From assembly GCA_000002435.2 (NCBI GenBank), contig CM018792.1: DNA of 64,000 nucleotides; one strand, given 5' to 3'. The DNA is from Giardia intestinalis. Taxonomy: Eukaryota. The notes beneath the pieces were generated by a model. The model did no database searches. It had not been told where the DNA came from and was given only the letters and a program-made list of their open reading frames with translations. This document shows positions 10,901-17,530 of this stretch, piece after piece. Every line of letters starts with the position of its first letter. Positions within the stretch are counted from its first letter, which is position 1. The position numbers were made by a program, and so were the translations under genes.

Positions 10901-11471
10901 CTCTGACGGCCTCCGCTTTGTTAAATCCTCTGCTTCCAGTGCTCTCATCCGTGGCTCTAAGGGCTCCCTCGTCGACGACTCCGAGGCACATGCATATATC
11001 CGTGGCGGAGTAGTATCCCACGGGGTAGCTGAAATACTCTCTTACTCCAAGCAAAACAGCCATTCTCTTCAGCCAGGGGCTGTAGCACGGGAGGTAGGTC
11101 TTCCAGAAATCTCTCCCACTGCAGCGCACGCGCTAGAAGAAGCGATAATATGTCGGGGCATTTCTTTCAAACGATCCACGGAAAAGCCTTCAAGTACGGC
11201 TTCTTACCCGCTACTCAATAGTAATCCTACAGGAAAGCAGTATCAGTACAGCACTACTAACTCGATCAAGCCACATGGTGAGTTTGATTCTGATGGGCTA
11301 GATTCTAAGCTACTGACGTGCTCTATTATAATAGATTCCCCCATTTCCCCGGTAAAGTCGTACCGACAAACATCAGCCGTGGAAGCAAGGAGTCCGTTTG
11401 TTGCTGGTCCAGGAGCGGCCACAGAAAAAACCCAGGGTATTATCGAAGAAGTCTCGGATATCCAGGTGTGA
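4974..11471 (+). CDS. giant coiled-coil protein, paralogue 1 of a 4-member family (2165 aa)
   Basis: N-terminal 'NRPLYIMMEPSLGCDPMHDHEAPKDVSPLF' domain shared with genes at 14401, 17531 and 26553. Heptad-rich coiled coil from ~aa 100 to 450, a 'IYKPDF' motif, then a >1500-aa S/T/P-rich tail. A/T-rich initiator 'CAAAATTCCCAAAAAATG'. Confidence 0.8.
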   Translation: MSNSADAAESMLAPSALGLGYLEAGSSTKRLASIIVETLLSDYSAVILNSFSQLRDSIHNRPLYIMMEPSLGCDPMHDHEAPKDVSPLFGSYIDRAESQILTLPTSILKLKLEEQIVQLLKELSSENADLQRQLDNVRSLLTDSHVQVSNKDSLMSSILKSKSDEKVRLLSEIQLLREQLYQKRIHGGVNIYKPDFGHTEGGHGDADERDAREFWNLRLKDKDDEILQLNKQIVSLKEEVSVLKGFTKDSMDEAERHRLEALSKSKASVSLEDENALLKRDLEELQMRYQTDMNAATTSIEALRTENTTLSKAAEEQEADASTMRHKMETLESKALVLEAQLTEAKQRHMQDTEVLRRELERANAAATSAKDDLKKHAIMTDRLKAELEMLMKENGENSLVSGLKDQIEKQRKDISKLVSDIKIYRGKLAHANNKIAKLTGRPVPQRKALNSDDSNDFTDDDLYETEGHGDTDNLYGRSTQDTTIEETIECTSTRSSLSSAQLERAENSKKSDVDKMAALIGKYREIVCCLARLPDAKLPKTLAGLSKFLSSRMKKADTANMGGAFDPANDSDSDSHPRKKERTAKAKQGKSGKGIKGPKLGGNGKSASGGKGEVAVKRKGTDKNVTPAKASGSKKEHTENSDSDSYYYSYSISSNDTYLLEDKIDDDFFGVGGDPNAMVRRGDVEEYVSMKIQAALENFRMEYDNEAELQAMGIAHMTAKAILENYSHRSCQTYVSYLTDTMRILTDADIIDENDGLYLDDAGNWRRIGDVAVKSGLQPKDIELNRRRLDLFNHTSMTNLPLADPNHPLHRRDAQLAMTAADKVMNLQATGANYRLHHNLKGEGLTTDQIFDQLYNDTQRMRLEANTRREKMDSTSLQQLKLRETPSPYREVAQADHKIGLFGSLIVKASVVPENATSPSPAPLNVQLDKKTPGAPSAAAVPSKSNTATKSGERVIQTINNVLGMNVASVKVDHPEEPAKPKKPMLVQQRFDPRQRRGTGTKEVRSHQSDRVIETSKSQQYEEDKPRSLSPLSQNNLDTPIENMVNIISSARSLHSPLTACNDTRSEPQQETPDLGTPRAFRLVNNSEADGIYVRMSNEGVINGQIIVSDGFVTNISYKNMFGDNLDRVIYSHTDSQSGGQLTSSPGAPSHNSIAITKGTCLPNNIIQSPELNIDTRAQLPKYDADQGVSVQPTLFIETVVEDGDSGTLRTTGDDSIRPSIDLTRTPLHRPPSGAATGAQRNKLSIASEIDMGSISEIQKLSISVPSTLEHNDLADQLPLRGSLIKEDLEQIHVADVTTLLGKNVVDFQRAAMLDQSGPDVVPVSTQFSEDKGAVLLDESLLRILSLLPTTPAEDEFLSLPRAKSCYKKQREKDLLAPGAALRLVKITVKPGHERLIEIITKPDDTPYFYDPKTEYRYSDIHSLQESLQQEQQVDYHPNTTQPIDRSQAREDSSAMHPELDNSTMGSEENSRVSLQLEPDGPEISIKSLANTADEQIRQLFKLTVDKHGRPRRLTEAELYLLSKIGDYKSNSTATIRLQRGNNIGQRPTIANLVSINETSNLKTQDLSENAHLRKDPVASAPHSKTSVELTPDELVSLYLKKTEEKQAGHSTRAVVGHGLQSRPVKIAPQVSSIPVTARQSLEGPSDSSFTGKYVTVDGKVIEYTEEDQFVTELDRIVNSMVSTASATNKKNDDLTTDDLMVLQTKIRDSATLDSKLESRIQSIRHIQEQLTKGVIKVVRADDGSRLFMDSRGFVLNGAIVEDMLKEEPDKLCTQLDILASLASSELQSHGLLNGIKVRNKNGTIEADLLLPRMPIQTIKESTSSTRLRSDHSTAQPIMTTDGLFNSSYYLDLSTNNSKLQTTPPGNSLVSMTVSTLTEDGHIGVQMPQTQIPHRASTSGAQPGQFVARNMTRSIVRSQLGTALSTAASSARGSPGQILKPLRSIEGVTTDGNQQPITTAGRTIPMQRVSGEYRDSDGLRFVKSSASSALIRGSKGSLVDDSEAHAYIRGGVVSHGVAEILSYSKQNSHSLQPGAVAREVGLPEISPTAAHALEEAIICRGISFKRSTEKPSSTASYPLLNSNPTGKQYQYSTTNSIKPHGEFDSDGLDSKLLTCSIIIDSPISPVKSYRQTSAVEARSPFVAGPGAATEKTQGIIEEVSDIQV

Positions 11472-11571
11472 TAGCGACGATCTATCTCTCTTTAGTCAGG
11501 TGCTTGTAAACAGGCGTCTTTTTATCGTGTTTGTCTAACATTATCGTCTATACTTTGCAGATGCAACCCTG

Positions 11572-11586
11572 CCAAAAATTAAAACG
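11572..11586 (+). promoter_or_regulatory. A/T-rich initiator element immediately upstream of the V-ATPase B ATG
   Basis: 'AAAATTAAAACG' abutting the ATG. The same class of motif recurs at 4957-4973, 42089-42106(-), 47892-47905(-), 49478-49487, 56636-56649, 48874-48889 and 60294-60322(-). Confidence 0.5.
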
Positions 11587-13080
11587 ATGTCGCTGGCAAC
11601 TAACATAACTCCTACCCCCAAGATACACCCGCTTCCATGCTACAGCAGTATTTCTTCCATTAATGGTCCTATTGTTGTTGTGGACAAGGTGCAGAGACAG
11701 TGCTATGGGGAAATCGTGACGCTCCGTCTTGGAAACGGTGAAATCAGGACTGGGAAGGTTTTGGAGTGCCATGGGTCACAAGCTGTCCTGCAGGTTTTTG
11801 AAGGAACAGAGGGCCTTGACATTAAGCAGACATCTGCAAAGTTCACTGGAGAGGTCATGAAAGTTGGTGTCAGCCGTGCACTCTTGGGACGTACCCTCTC
11901 TGGATCCGGCGAAATCATCGATGGAGGTGCCCCTGTTCTTGCAGAAGAGATCCGGGACATTGAGGGGTCCTCTCTTAACCCCGTTAGTCGTGAATACCCG
12001 AAGAACTGCCTTGAGACAGGGATATCAACAATCGATATCCTTACCAGTATTTGCCAAGGTCAGAAGATCCTTCTCCTGAGCGGAAGCGGTTTACCTTACA
12101 ATCCCCTGCTCGCGCAAATCGCTAGAAACGCCCGCGTCTGTGTCTCGTGGGAGAAGGCTGTAACAGGTGAGGAGATAAAAACTTCCGAGGATGACAAGTT
12201 CATGATCGTCTTCGCAGGAATCGGTCTTTCTCATGAGCAGGCCATGTTTTTCAAGACGCAGTTTGAACAGACTGGCGCTCTTAATCGTTCGGTAATACTC
12301 CTTAATTTGGCTTCTGACCCCGTTGTACAGCGCATCAGCACACCAAGGATTGCTGTGACAATTGCAGAGTACTTTGCATATACTCTGGGGTATCACGTCC
12401 TTGTTCTTCTTTCGGATATCTTTAATTATGCGGACGCACTCCGCCAGATATCCTCTGCCAGAAACGAGGTACCCGGCAGAAAGGGATATCCACCGTATCT
12501 TTACTCTGACCTTTCGACAATTTACGAAAGAGCCGGACGCGTCCATGGGATCAAGGGGTCGATTACGCAGATCCCGCTAATCACTCTTCCAAACGATGAT
12601 ATCACACATATCATTGCAGATCTGTCAGCGTTCATTACAGAGGGCCAGATCTTTCAGGACCGCAAGTTGTTCAACAAGAACATCATCCCTGCGGTGGACC
12701 CCCTCCCCAGCCTTTCTCGTCTGCAGAAATCCGCTATAGGTAAGGGGAGAACCCGCGAAGACCACCCTGACGTAGCTAATCAGCTATATGCATCATACGC
12801 TATCGCAGTTGAGGTTTTAAGCCTTAAGTCCATCGTCGGTTCTGAAGGTCTCAGTGACAACGACCATAAGTATCTGAAGTTCTTGGAGGTCTTTGAGGAG
12901 CAGTTTCTGAAACAGGACTTCAACACCAGACGATCTATTTACGAGTCTCTCGACCTAGCTTGGAAGTGTCTGCGTGTTTTACCGATCAATCTGCTGAGCC
13001 GTATCTCGGATAGTATCCTTGAGAAGTACTATTACGTGCAGACTGACGCCGCTGAGCAGCCAGGAGCTAAGACTAAGTGA
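11587..13080 (+). CDS. ATP6V1B: V-type H+-ATPase subunit B (regulatory, V1 B)
   Basis: 'GISTIDILTSICQGQKILLLSGSGLPYNPLLAQIARNA' matches the V1-B motif 'GIS(A/T)IDxMNSIARGQKIP(I/L)FSAAGLPHNEIAAQI'. No P-loop is present (B, not A). 'PSLSRL' nucleotide-site region. Initiator 'AAAATTAAAACGATG'. Confidence 0.9.
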   Translation: MSLATNITPTPKIHPLPCYSSISSINGPIVVVDKVQRQCYGEIVTLRLGNGEIRTGKVLECHGSQAVLQVFEGTEGLDIKQTSAKFTGEVMKVGVSRALLGRTLSGSGEIIDGGAPVLAEEIRDIEGSSLNPVSREYPKNCLETGISTIDILTSICQGQKILLLSGSGLPYNPLLAQIARNARVCVSWEKAVTGEEIKTSEDDKFMIVFAGIGLSHEQAMFFKTQFEQTGALNRSVILLNLASDPVVQRISTPRIAVTIAEYFAYTLGYHVLVLLSDIFNYADALRQISSARNEVPGRKGYPPYLYSDLSTIYERAGRVHGIKGSITQIPLITLPNDDITHIIADLSAFITEGQIFQDRKLFNKNIIPAVDPLPSLSRLQKSAIGKGRTREDHPDVANQLYASYAIAVEVLSLKSIVGSEGLSDNDHKYLKFLEVFEEQFLKQDFNTRRSIYESLDLAWKCLRVLPINLLSRISDSILEKYYYVQTDAAEQPGAKTK

Positions 13081-13867
13081 ATCTTTGATCGCTTTCATTG
13101 CTTGTAGAAGATGCTAATACGAAAAAGCGGATAGGATAAAGATTGCTCGGCCAAGTTGGTTGCTCATCTATGGTCAGCACCGTCAAACCTGCTTGAGAAC
13201 AGAGGTCCTTTATCATATCAAGGCTACGGATTAAATTGATGTCTTCTTTATCCAAGAAGAAACCATCGTTAATGATGCAATTTTCTTTCATGATGATTCT
13301 ACCGGTTGATGGAGTTAGAAGATGATCCTTGGCAAATTTGAGGAACCTCACGACATCGCGGTCCACTAAGTGACCAATCACCCACTGGAGAAACACAACA
13401 TCGTAATTAATTCCGCGAAATTGCTGTTGTAAGGCTTCTATATCCTGCAGCTCCAAGTTGTAACGCGCTCTGATACTATTTCTGGCAAAATTCGTTGTCG
13501 ATGCTTGGACAAACAGCTCACAGCCTTCGATCATGTCAACATGCTGAAAGACGGGCTTCAAGGCATAGTGAGATACACGGCCTATACCTCCTCCGCAGTC
13601 GAGACAGGTGTTCGTTTTGATGGCCTTGTCTGAAGCCAACTGTTTGAGTCTTAGTGTGGTCCACTCAACCTCATCCTTGTGAACATAGGAGAGCCCTCCA
13701 AGCATACCGTCAATGGTGGGCTCCACAAGGGACGAGTACCACGTGGAGCAGGAGCCATACCACGCTGAGGTGCCCATCATGTTGATAATCTGGCGGTACT
13801 CTAGCTCTTCGCGGTCAGAAGTCACACCAATCACGTTCCCAAAAGCATCTAAGGGCTCGTCAGTCAT
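13073..13867 (-). CDS. NTMT1: alpha N-terminal (X-P-K) protein methyltransferase, NTMT1/METTL11A family
   Basis: 'PTIDGMLGG' (NTMT1 'PTVDGMLGG'), SAM motif I 'CLDCGGGIGRVS', 'HVDMIEGCELFVQAS', and 'YDVVFLQWVIGHLVDRDVVRFL' (human '[22 protein letters not shown]'). Its 3' end overlaps the V-ATPase B stop by 8 nt (convergent). Confidence 0.85.
   Translation of the reverse strand: MTDEPLDAFGNVIGVTSDREELEYRQIINMMGTSAWYGSCSTWYSSLVEPTIDGMLGGLSYVHKDEVEWTTLRLKQLASDKAIKTNTCLDCGGGIGRVSHYALKPVFQHVDMIEGCELFVQASTTNFARNSIRARYNLELQDIEALQQQFRGINYDVVFLQWVIGHLVDRDVVRFLKFAKDHLLTPSTGRIIMKENCIINDGFFLDKEDINLIRSLDMIKDLCSQAGLTVLTIDEQPTWPSNLYPIRFFVLASSTSNESDQRFT
13076..13082 (+). terminator. putative Giardia-type polyadenylation signal AGTGAAT overlapping the stop codon of the V-ATPase B gene
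   Basis: 'aagactAAGTGAATc': it matches the AGTRAAY consensus and sits at the stop, as is typical for Giardia. Confidence 0.4.
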
Positions 13868-13916
13868 ACTTTAATTGGAGAGTAAGAAAAACGCCTGGGC
13901 ACTCGTTCACTTACCG

Positions 13917-14411
13917 TTAATACTTGTACTTTTTCCTTTCTTTATAGCTTGATTGAGAGCCAGTAGCTCGAGTGGTTGCCTCTTGCATGTCTGTCAAATG
14001 CATCATGGGCTTTATGACAACTGACCAGAATCCATATGAGATAGACACCGGGATAAGCAAGTCGGCCCAGTAGATCTTGACTGTGATGGGTGATAACGTG
14101 AAGACCAGTAAAACAACGTAGAGTATGTCAAATGCAACATTGATTATTGTTCCAGAAAGCTCCGAGCCGCCATCGATCAGACGCCCCGTAGAATCGTATT
14201 TTTCTCGTGACAGATGCCGAAACATCTGATAGATGACTATCGCAAGACTATAGTGGACCATTGATACGCTAACTGAGGTTGCTGTGGCGTTTTCCCTATA
14301 GATGTACACAAGAAGCAAGTACACAGCAAGAGACCCTAGTAGTGCTACACGCACAGTCGTGAGGATCCTGCTATTCTTTCTCAGAGTCTTCTTGGCAGAG
14401 TCATTGGCCAT
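13917..14411 (-). CDS. small 4-TM membrane protein, hypothetical (164 aa)
   Basis: Four hydrophobic segments ('VALLGSLAVYLLLVYIY', 'VHYSLAIVIYQMF', 'IINVAFDILYVVLLVFTL', 'LIPVSISYGFWSVVI') and a K-rich C-terminus. Start taken at 'MANDS'; it overlaps the upstream gene's stop by 11 nt. Confidence 0.5.
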   Translation of the reverse strand: MANDSAKKTLRKNSRILTTVRVALLGSLAVYLLLVYIYRENATATSVSVSMVHYSLAIVIYQMFRHLSREKYDSTGRLIDGGSELSGTIINVAFDILYVVLLVFTLSPITVKIYWADLLIPVSISYGFWSVVIKPMMHLTDMQEATTRATGSQSSYKERKKYKY

Positions 14412-16788
14412 TTTTAAGAGGTAAGGATTTAACAGGCTTAGACTCAACAACTGCCTCCACTATGCCAGTTGTATTAAATTGTGGAAGTGGCCGCTTACTG
14501 ATCAGCTTAGATGCTGAAGTATTAGATCGTTGTATGTGCTCAATGGTATGAATTGGAGAGCGCGCAGAGAGGAAATTGTTACTTCGCCTCGGTGAAAGCC
14601 TTTCGTTTGGGCTATTTGGTAAGTGCCTAAAACTTTTCCCAGCAGACATGACACCATGGGACTTAGGTGCGCTGGAAGAGCTACGTATGAGAGGACGTCG
14701 AGGTGATGCTGAGGAAAGGAGAGCGCCTGAGGCTGCTCTTCTAGTAGATGGGGTATATGACGAAATAGTCCGTGCAGATGTCTTAGTTGGCCGAACTATT
14801 GAAGGCTCGTAAAGCATGCTGCTGTATTGAACTTTCTCAATGTGAATGTCACTTAAAGTATCATCAGAGTCTTCACAGTTGGGGTTTTCATAGTTGTATT
14901 CGTTATATGGTGTCCTTGCTTGCGAGAGAGCGTAGTTCTCAAAGATATTTTTCTTCAATACCCGGCGAACCTTTTGCATATATAGAATAGGATTGGTTCG
15001 GATTGATTCAGGGTAAAATGAATATGACTCACAGTCAGATATTTCACCAGAACACTGTATAGCTTTTGATTGGCAGGACGTAATGTCTGAGTGCGAACCT
15101 ACCCATCTTTTGGCAAATAGGTTTAGTGCTAAATCAATATTTTGCCACAGTTGCTCCGCTGTGAACAGGCCACCACTTAGTGTTTGAACAGCTTTATCGC
15201 TTACGTCAACTGACTGCCGGGAATGTGGACGTAGGCTGGTGGTAGGATCTTTGCTGACACCGCAACTTGTCATCAGAGGAGTCTTTCCTTCGCTTACAGT
15301 CTCACAAGCCACAGCAAAGGAAGAACTGTCCTCAGACTCGCAGGAAGAGAGTTTCTGATCACAAAGGTCATCCAAGGGCGTAGGAGCAGGCCTCTCAAAC
15401 AAGGTATCTTCCTTTACCGGTGAATGTATTCTCATAGAAAGCTCCCGCATGGTATGTGGTATCAGTGGAGAGAGAAGGGATGCACGGGTTAGAATATTAC
15501 TCGAAGGTGGAGGGTTGCTATGCAGTAAAGTAAACTCCCCAGCACTCCGGCAGTCAGGAACATAAGAGGATGCATCAAGCTGCAACGGAGGTACAGAGGA
15601 CCGTTCAAGAGGTTGCTCAAGGGATTGCCGATCTTCTACACATTGTGGGCTGCTATCAGGTTTGAAGCCCTTACTGGATGATAACGTAGCTAGGCCCATA
15701 TTGCTAGGCTTTATAGATTGTCGCTCAGTTTGCCACTTGCGTAAAATAGGACTAGAGAACTTGAAGATGGGTGGCACACACGATTGCCTTTTAGAATCCA
15801 GGAAACCGTCTCGCTCGTTTGCGCTGTGCTGAAGCTGTATCTCGGTCTCAGGTTTGCTCTCAGGTGACATTTTACCGAGATCTTGTACGCCACGAGGTGT
15901 GCTCATCAGTCCCAGTATCATGCTAGTGCTTCCGATAAAATCTTGGTCGGTGCTACAGGCAACGCTGTCGACGTGCTCGGAGCCAGCTGAAGTGGGATAA
16001 GGCCGGGTTGTGTGAACATCTGATGACTGCCTGGAGAAAGATCGTGTCAGGATACTGCGTGTTCGTGCCTTTGCTTCAGTTAGTTGATTGCTTAGGAGTT
16101 GCATCTTGCTCTTTAGAGCGGCAATGGTTACATTCTTGCTTTCGATTTCTCGCTGGAACTGCTCATTCTCCCTACCTTGTGCTAAAAGGGACGTATCTCT
16201 TAGTAACGTATAGTCAGCATCATAACTCTGAGAGGCTGTGTTCGATCTAGCATACCCACTGATAATATTGTTAAGCTCATGGATCTTCAACTGACTGCGC
16301 TTAGTCGACGTGGCCTTCTCTACTAGGATGGCCTGAAGAATTTCAGTTAGCTCGCCAATTCGGCGTGTCAGCGAGTAAATCTGTCTGCTCATTTTGTCAT
16401 GCTGGAGCTCCAGGTGGTCACGGACCTTAATGTACTCAAGAAGGTGGTCTCTGATCCCATCTTGCAATCGGGCCCGCATGTCTTTCATTCCGCGGTCCAT
16501 GATCATAAGCTCCGCTGTATCGATAGAGGCACTATAAATGGGGTATACATCTTTTGGTGCTTCGTGGTCTGTCTTTGGGTCGCAGGCCAACAGCTGCTCA
16601 AACATGACGTACAGCTTTCTGTTATGGATCTCGGCTCTTAAGTAGGAAAATGCTTGCCCGACGCTACTTGCTAGGGCCGTAGTCAACTGACCACTGATTC
16701 GCTCGGCCAGCATCTGAACAGAACTATCATGTGTCCTTGCACCTGCAGGAGACAAGGCCAGACCAAGCTCAGATGCTGTCAGCGGCAT
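14401..16788 (-). CDS. coiled-coil protein, paralogue 2 (short member, 795 aa) of the 4-member family
   Basis: N-terminal 'NRKLYVMFEQLLACDPKTDHEAPKDVYPIY' domain, then coiled coil, then a S/P-rich tail. ATG confirmed at 16788. Confidence 0.8.
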   Translation of the reverse strand: MPLTASELGLALSPAGARTHDSSVQMLAERISGQLTTALASSVGQAFSYLRAEIHNRKLYVMFEQLLACDPKTDHEAPKDVYPIYSASIDTAELMIMDRGMKDMRARLQDGIRDHLLEYIKVRDHLELQHDKMSRQIYSLTRRIGELTEILQAILVEKATSTKRSQLKIHELNNIISGYARSNTASQSYDADYTLLRDTSLLAQGRENEQFQREIESKNVTIAALKSKMQLLSNQLTEAKARTRSILTRSFSRQSSDVHTTRPYPTSAGSEHVDSVACSTDQDFIGSTSMILGLMSTPRGVQDLGKMSPESKPETEIQLQHSANERDGFLDSKRQSCVPPIFKFSSPILRKWQTERQSIKPSNMGLATLSSSKGFKPDSSPQCVEDRQSLEQPLERSSVPPLQLDASSYVPDCRSAGEFTLLHSNPPPSSNILTRASLLSPLIPHTMRELSMRIHSPVKEDTLFERPAPTPLDDLCDQKLSSCESEDSSSFAVACETVSEGKTPLMTSCGVSKDPTTSLRPHSRQSVDVSDKAVQTLSGGLFTAEQLWQNIDLALNLFAKRWVGSHSDITSCQSKAIQCSGEISDCESYSFYPESIRTNPILYMQKVRRVLKKNIFENYALSQARTPYNEYNYENPNCEDSDDTLSDIHIEKVQYSSMLYEPSIVRPTKTSARTISSYTPSTRRAASGALLSSASPRRPLIRSSSSAPKSHGVMSAGKSFRHLPNSPNERLSPRRSNNFLSARSPIHTIEHIQRSNTSASKLISKRPLPQFNTTGIVEAVVESKPVKSLPLKNGQ

Positions 16789-16895
16789 AGTCTTTTTAGG
16801 GATCCGACATTCATAAAGGCGTCAGGTCATAGAGCAAAGGAGTGATAATTCACAAGTGTATTTGACTGTGAGCAAATGCTTATATAAAGCAAGCA

Positions 16896-17435
16896 TTAGA
16901 TTCCACGGTCAAAACCGACAGAGGTCGTCATCACAATCCCGCTGATGAGACCGATAAGTGCAATCGCCTCCGCAAAAATTTCTGAAATAAAGAGCTTGAC
17001 GAAAAGCGACGAGTCGCCGCAGTGGGAGACAGCAACAGAGCTCCCCAGAACACCCACGGTGATTGCAGCAGCAAAGTTAGAAAACCCAACAGAGAGACCA
17101 GCAGCCCCATAGCCATACCCAGCTTTCAGGACTTCTTGCTTAGTAACATAATCTCTGGTAAGAGACCTCTCAGCTCCCTCCTTAATGGCAGTAAGTATTA
17201 TAATCGACATGATGACGCCGTAAAGAGCAATAGCCTCGCAAAACAGGATAGACAGAAGGTTCTTGGATCGTATTTCAGGGTGCGCAACCGTGGACGTCAC
17301 CAAGGTGGCACCAGTGTTGAAGATCCCGATGGCAGAGCCCAGGATGGAGAAGCCAAGGACAACATAGATCCCCATTTCTGCAAAAAAGTACGGGGAAAGA
17401 AGCTCAAGAGCCTCCTGGAGCGCTTCTAACGTCAT
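16896..17435 (-). CDS. ATP6V0B: V-type H+-ATPase V0 proteolipid subunit c'' (Vma16 / ATP6V0B-like), 179 aa
   Basis: 'SPYFFAEMGIYVVLGFSILGSAIGIFNTG' and 'EIRSKNLLSILFCEAIALYGVIMSIIIL' match Vma16 'SPYMWANLGIA...GAAWGIFITG' and 'RITTKNLISIIFCEVVAIYGLI'. The second half carries the 'ISEIFAEAIALIGLI' glutamate helix. ORF-track start 17477 is TTG; ATG at 17435. The protein appears to lack the dispensable TM1 of c''. Confidence 0.8.
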   Translation of the reverse strand: MTLEALQEALELLSPYFFAEMGIYVVLGFSILGSAIGIFNTGATLVTSTVAHPEIRSKNLLSILFCEAIALYGVIMSIIILTAIKEGAERSLTRDYVTKQEVLKAGYGYGAAGLSVGFSNFAAAITVGVLGSSVAVSHCGDSSLFVKLFISEIFAEAIALIGLISGIVMTTSVGFDRGI

Positions 17436-17530
17436 TTGGGTCTTTATCTTTGCTTCATCTTTGGCATTTATTTTCAATTGCTAATGGCCAGATTTTGAAA
17501 AGCCACAAAGGATTTGCTCGGCTTCCCTGC

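Noticed and set aside
14450-14450. Upstream start 'MLSLSLLNPYLLK' for the 4-TM protein
   Set aside because: It would overlap the preceding gene by 50 nt. The downstream ATG at 14411 ('MANDS') reduces the overlap to 11 nt and still precedes the first TM helix. I kept this as an alternative, not a distinct feature.
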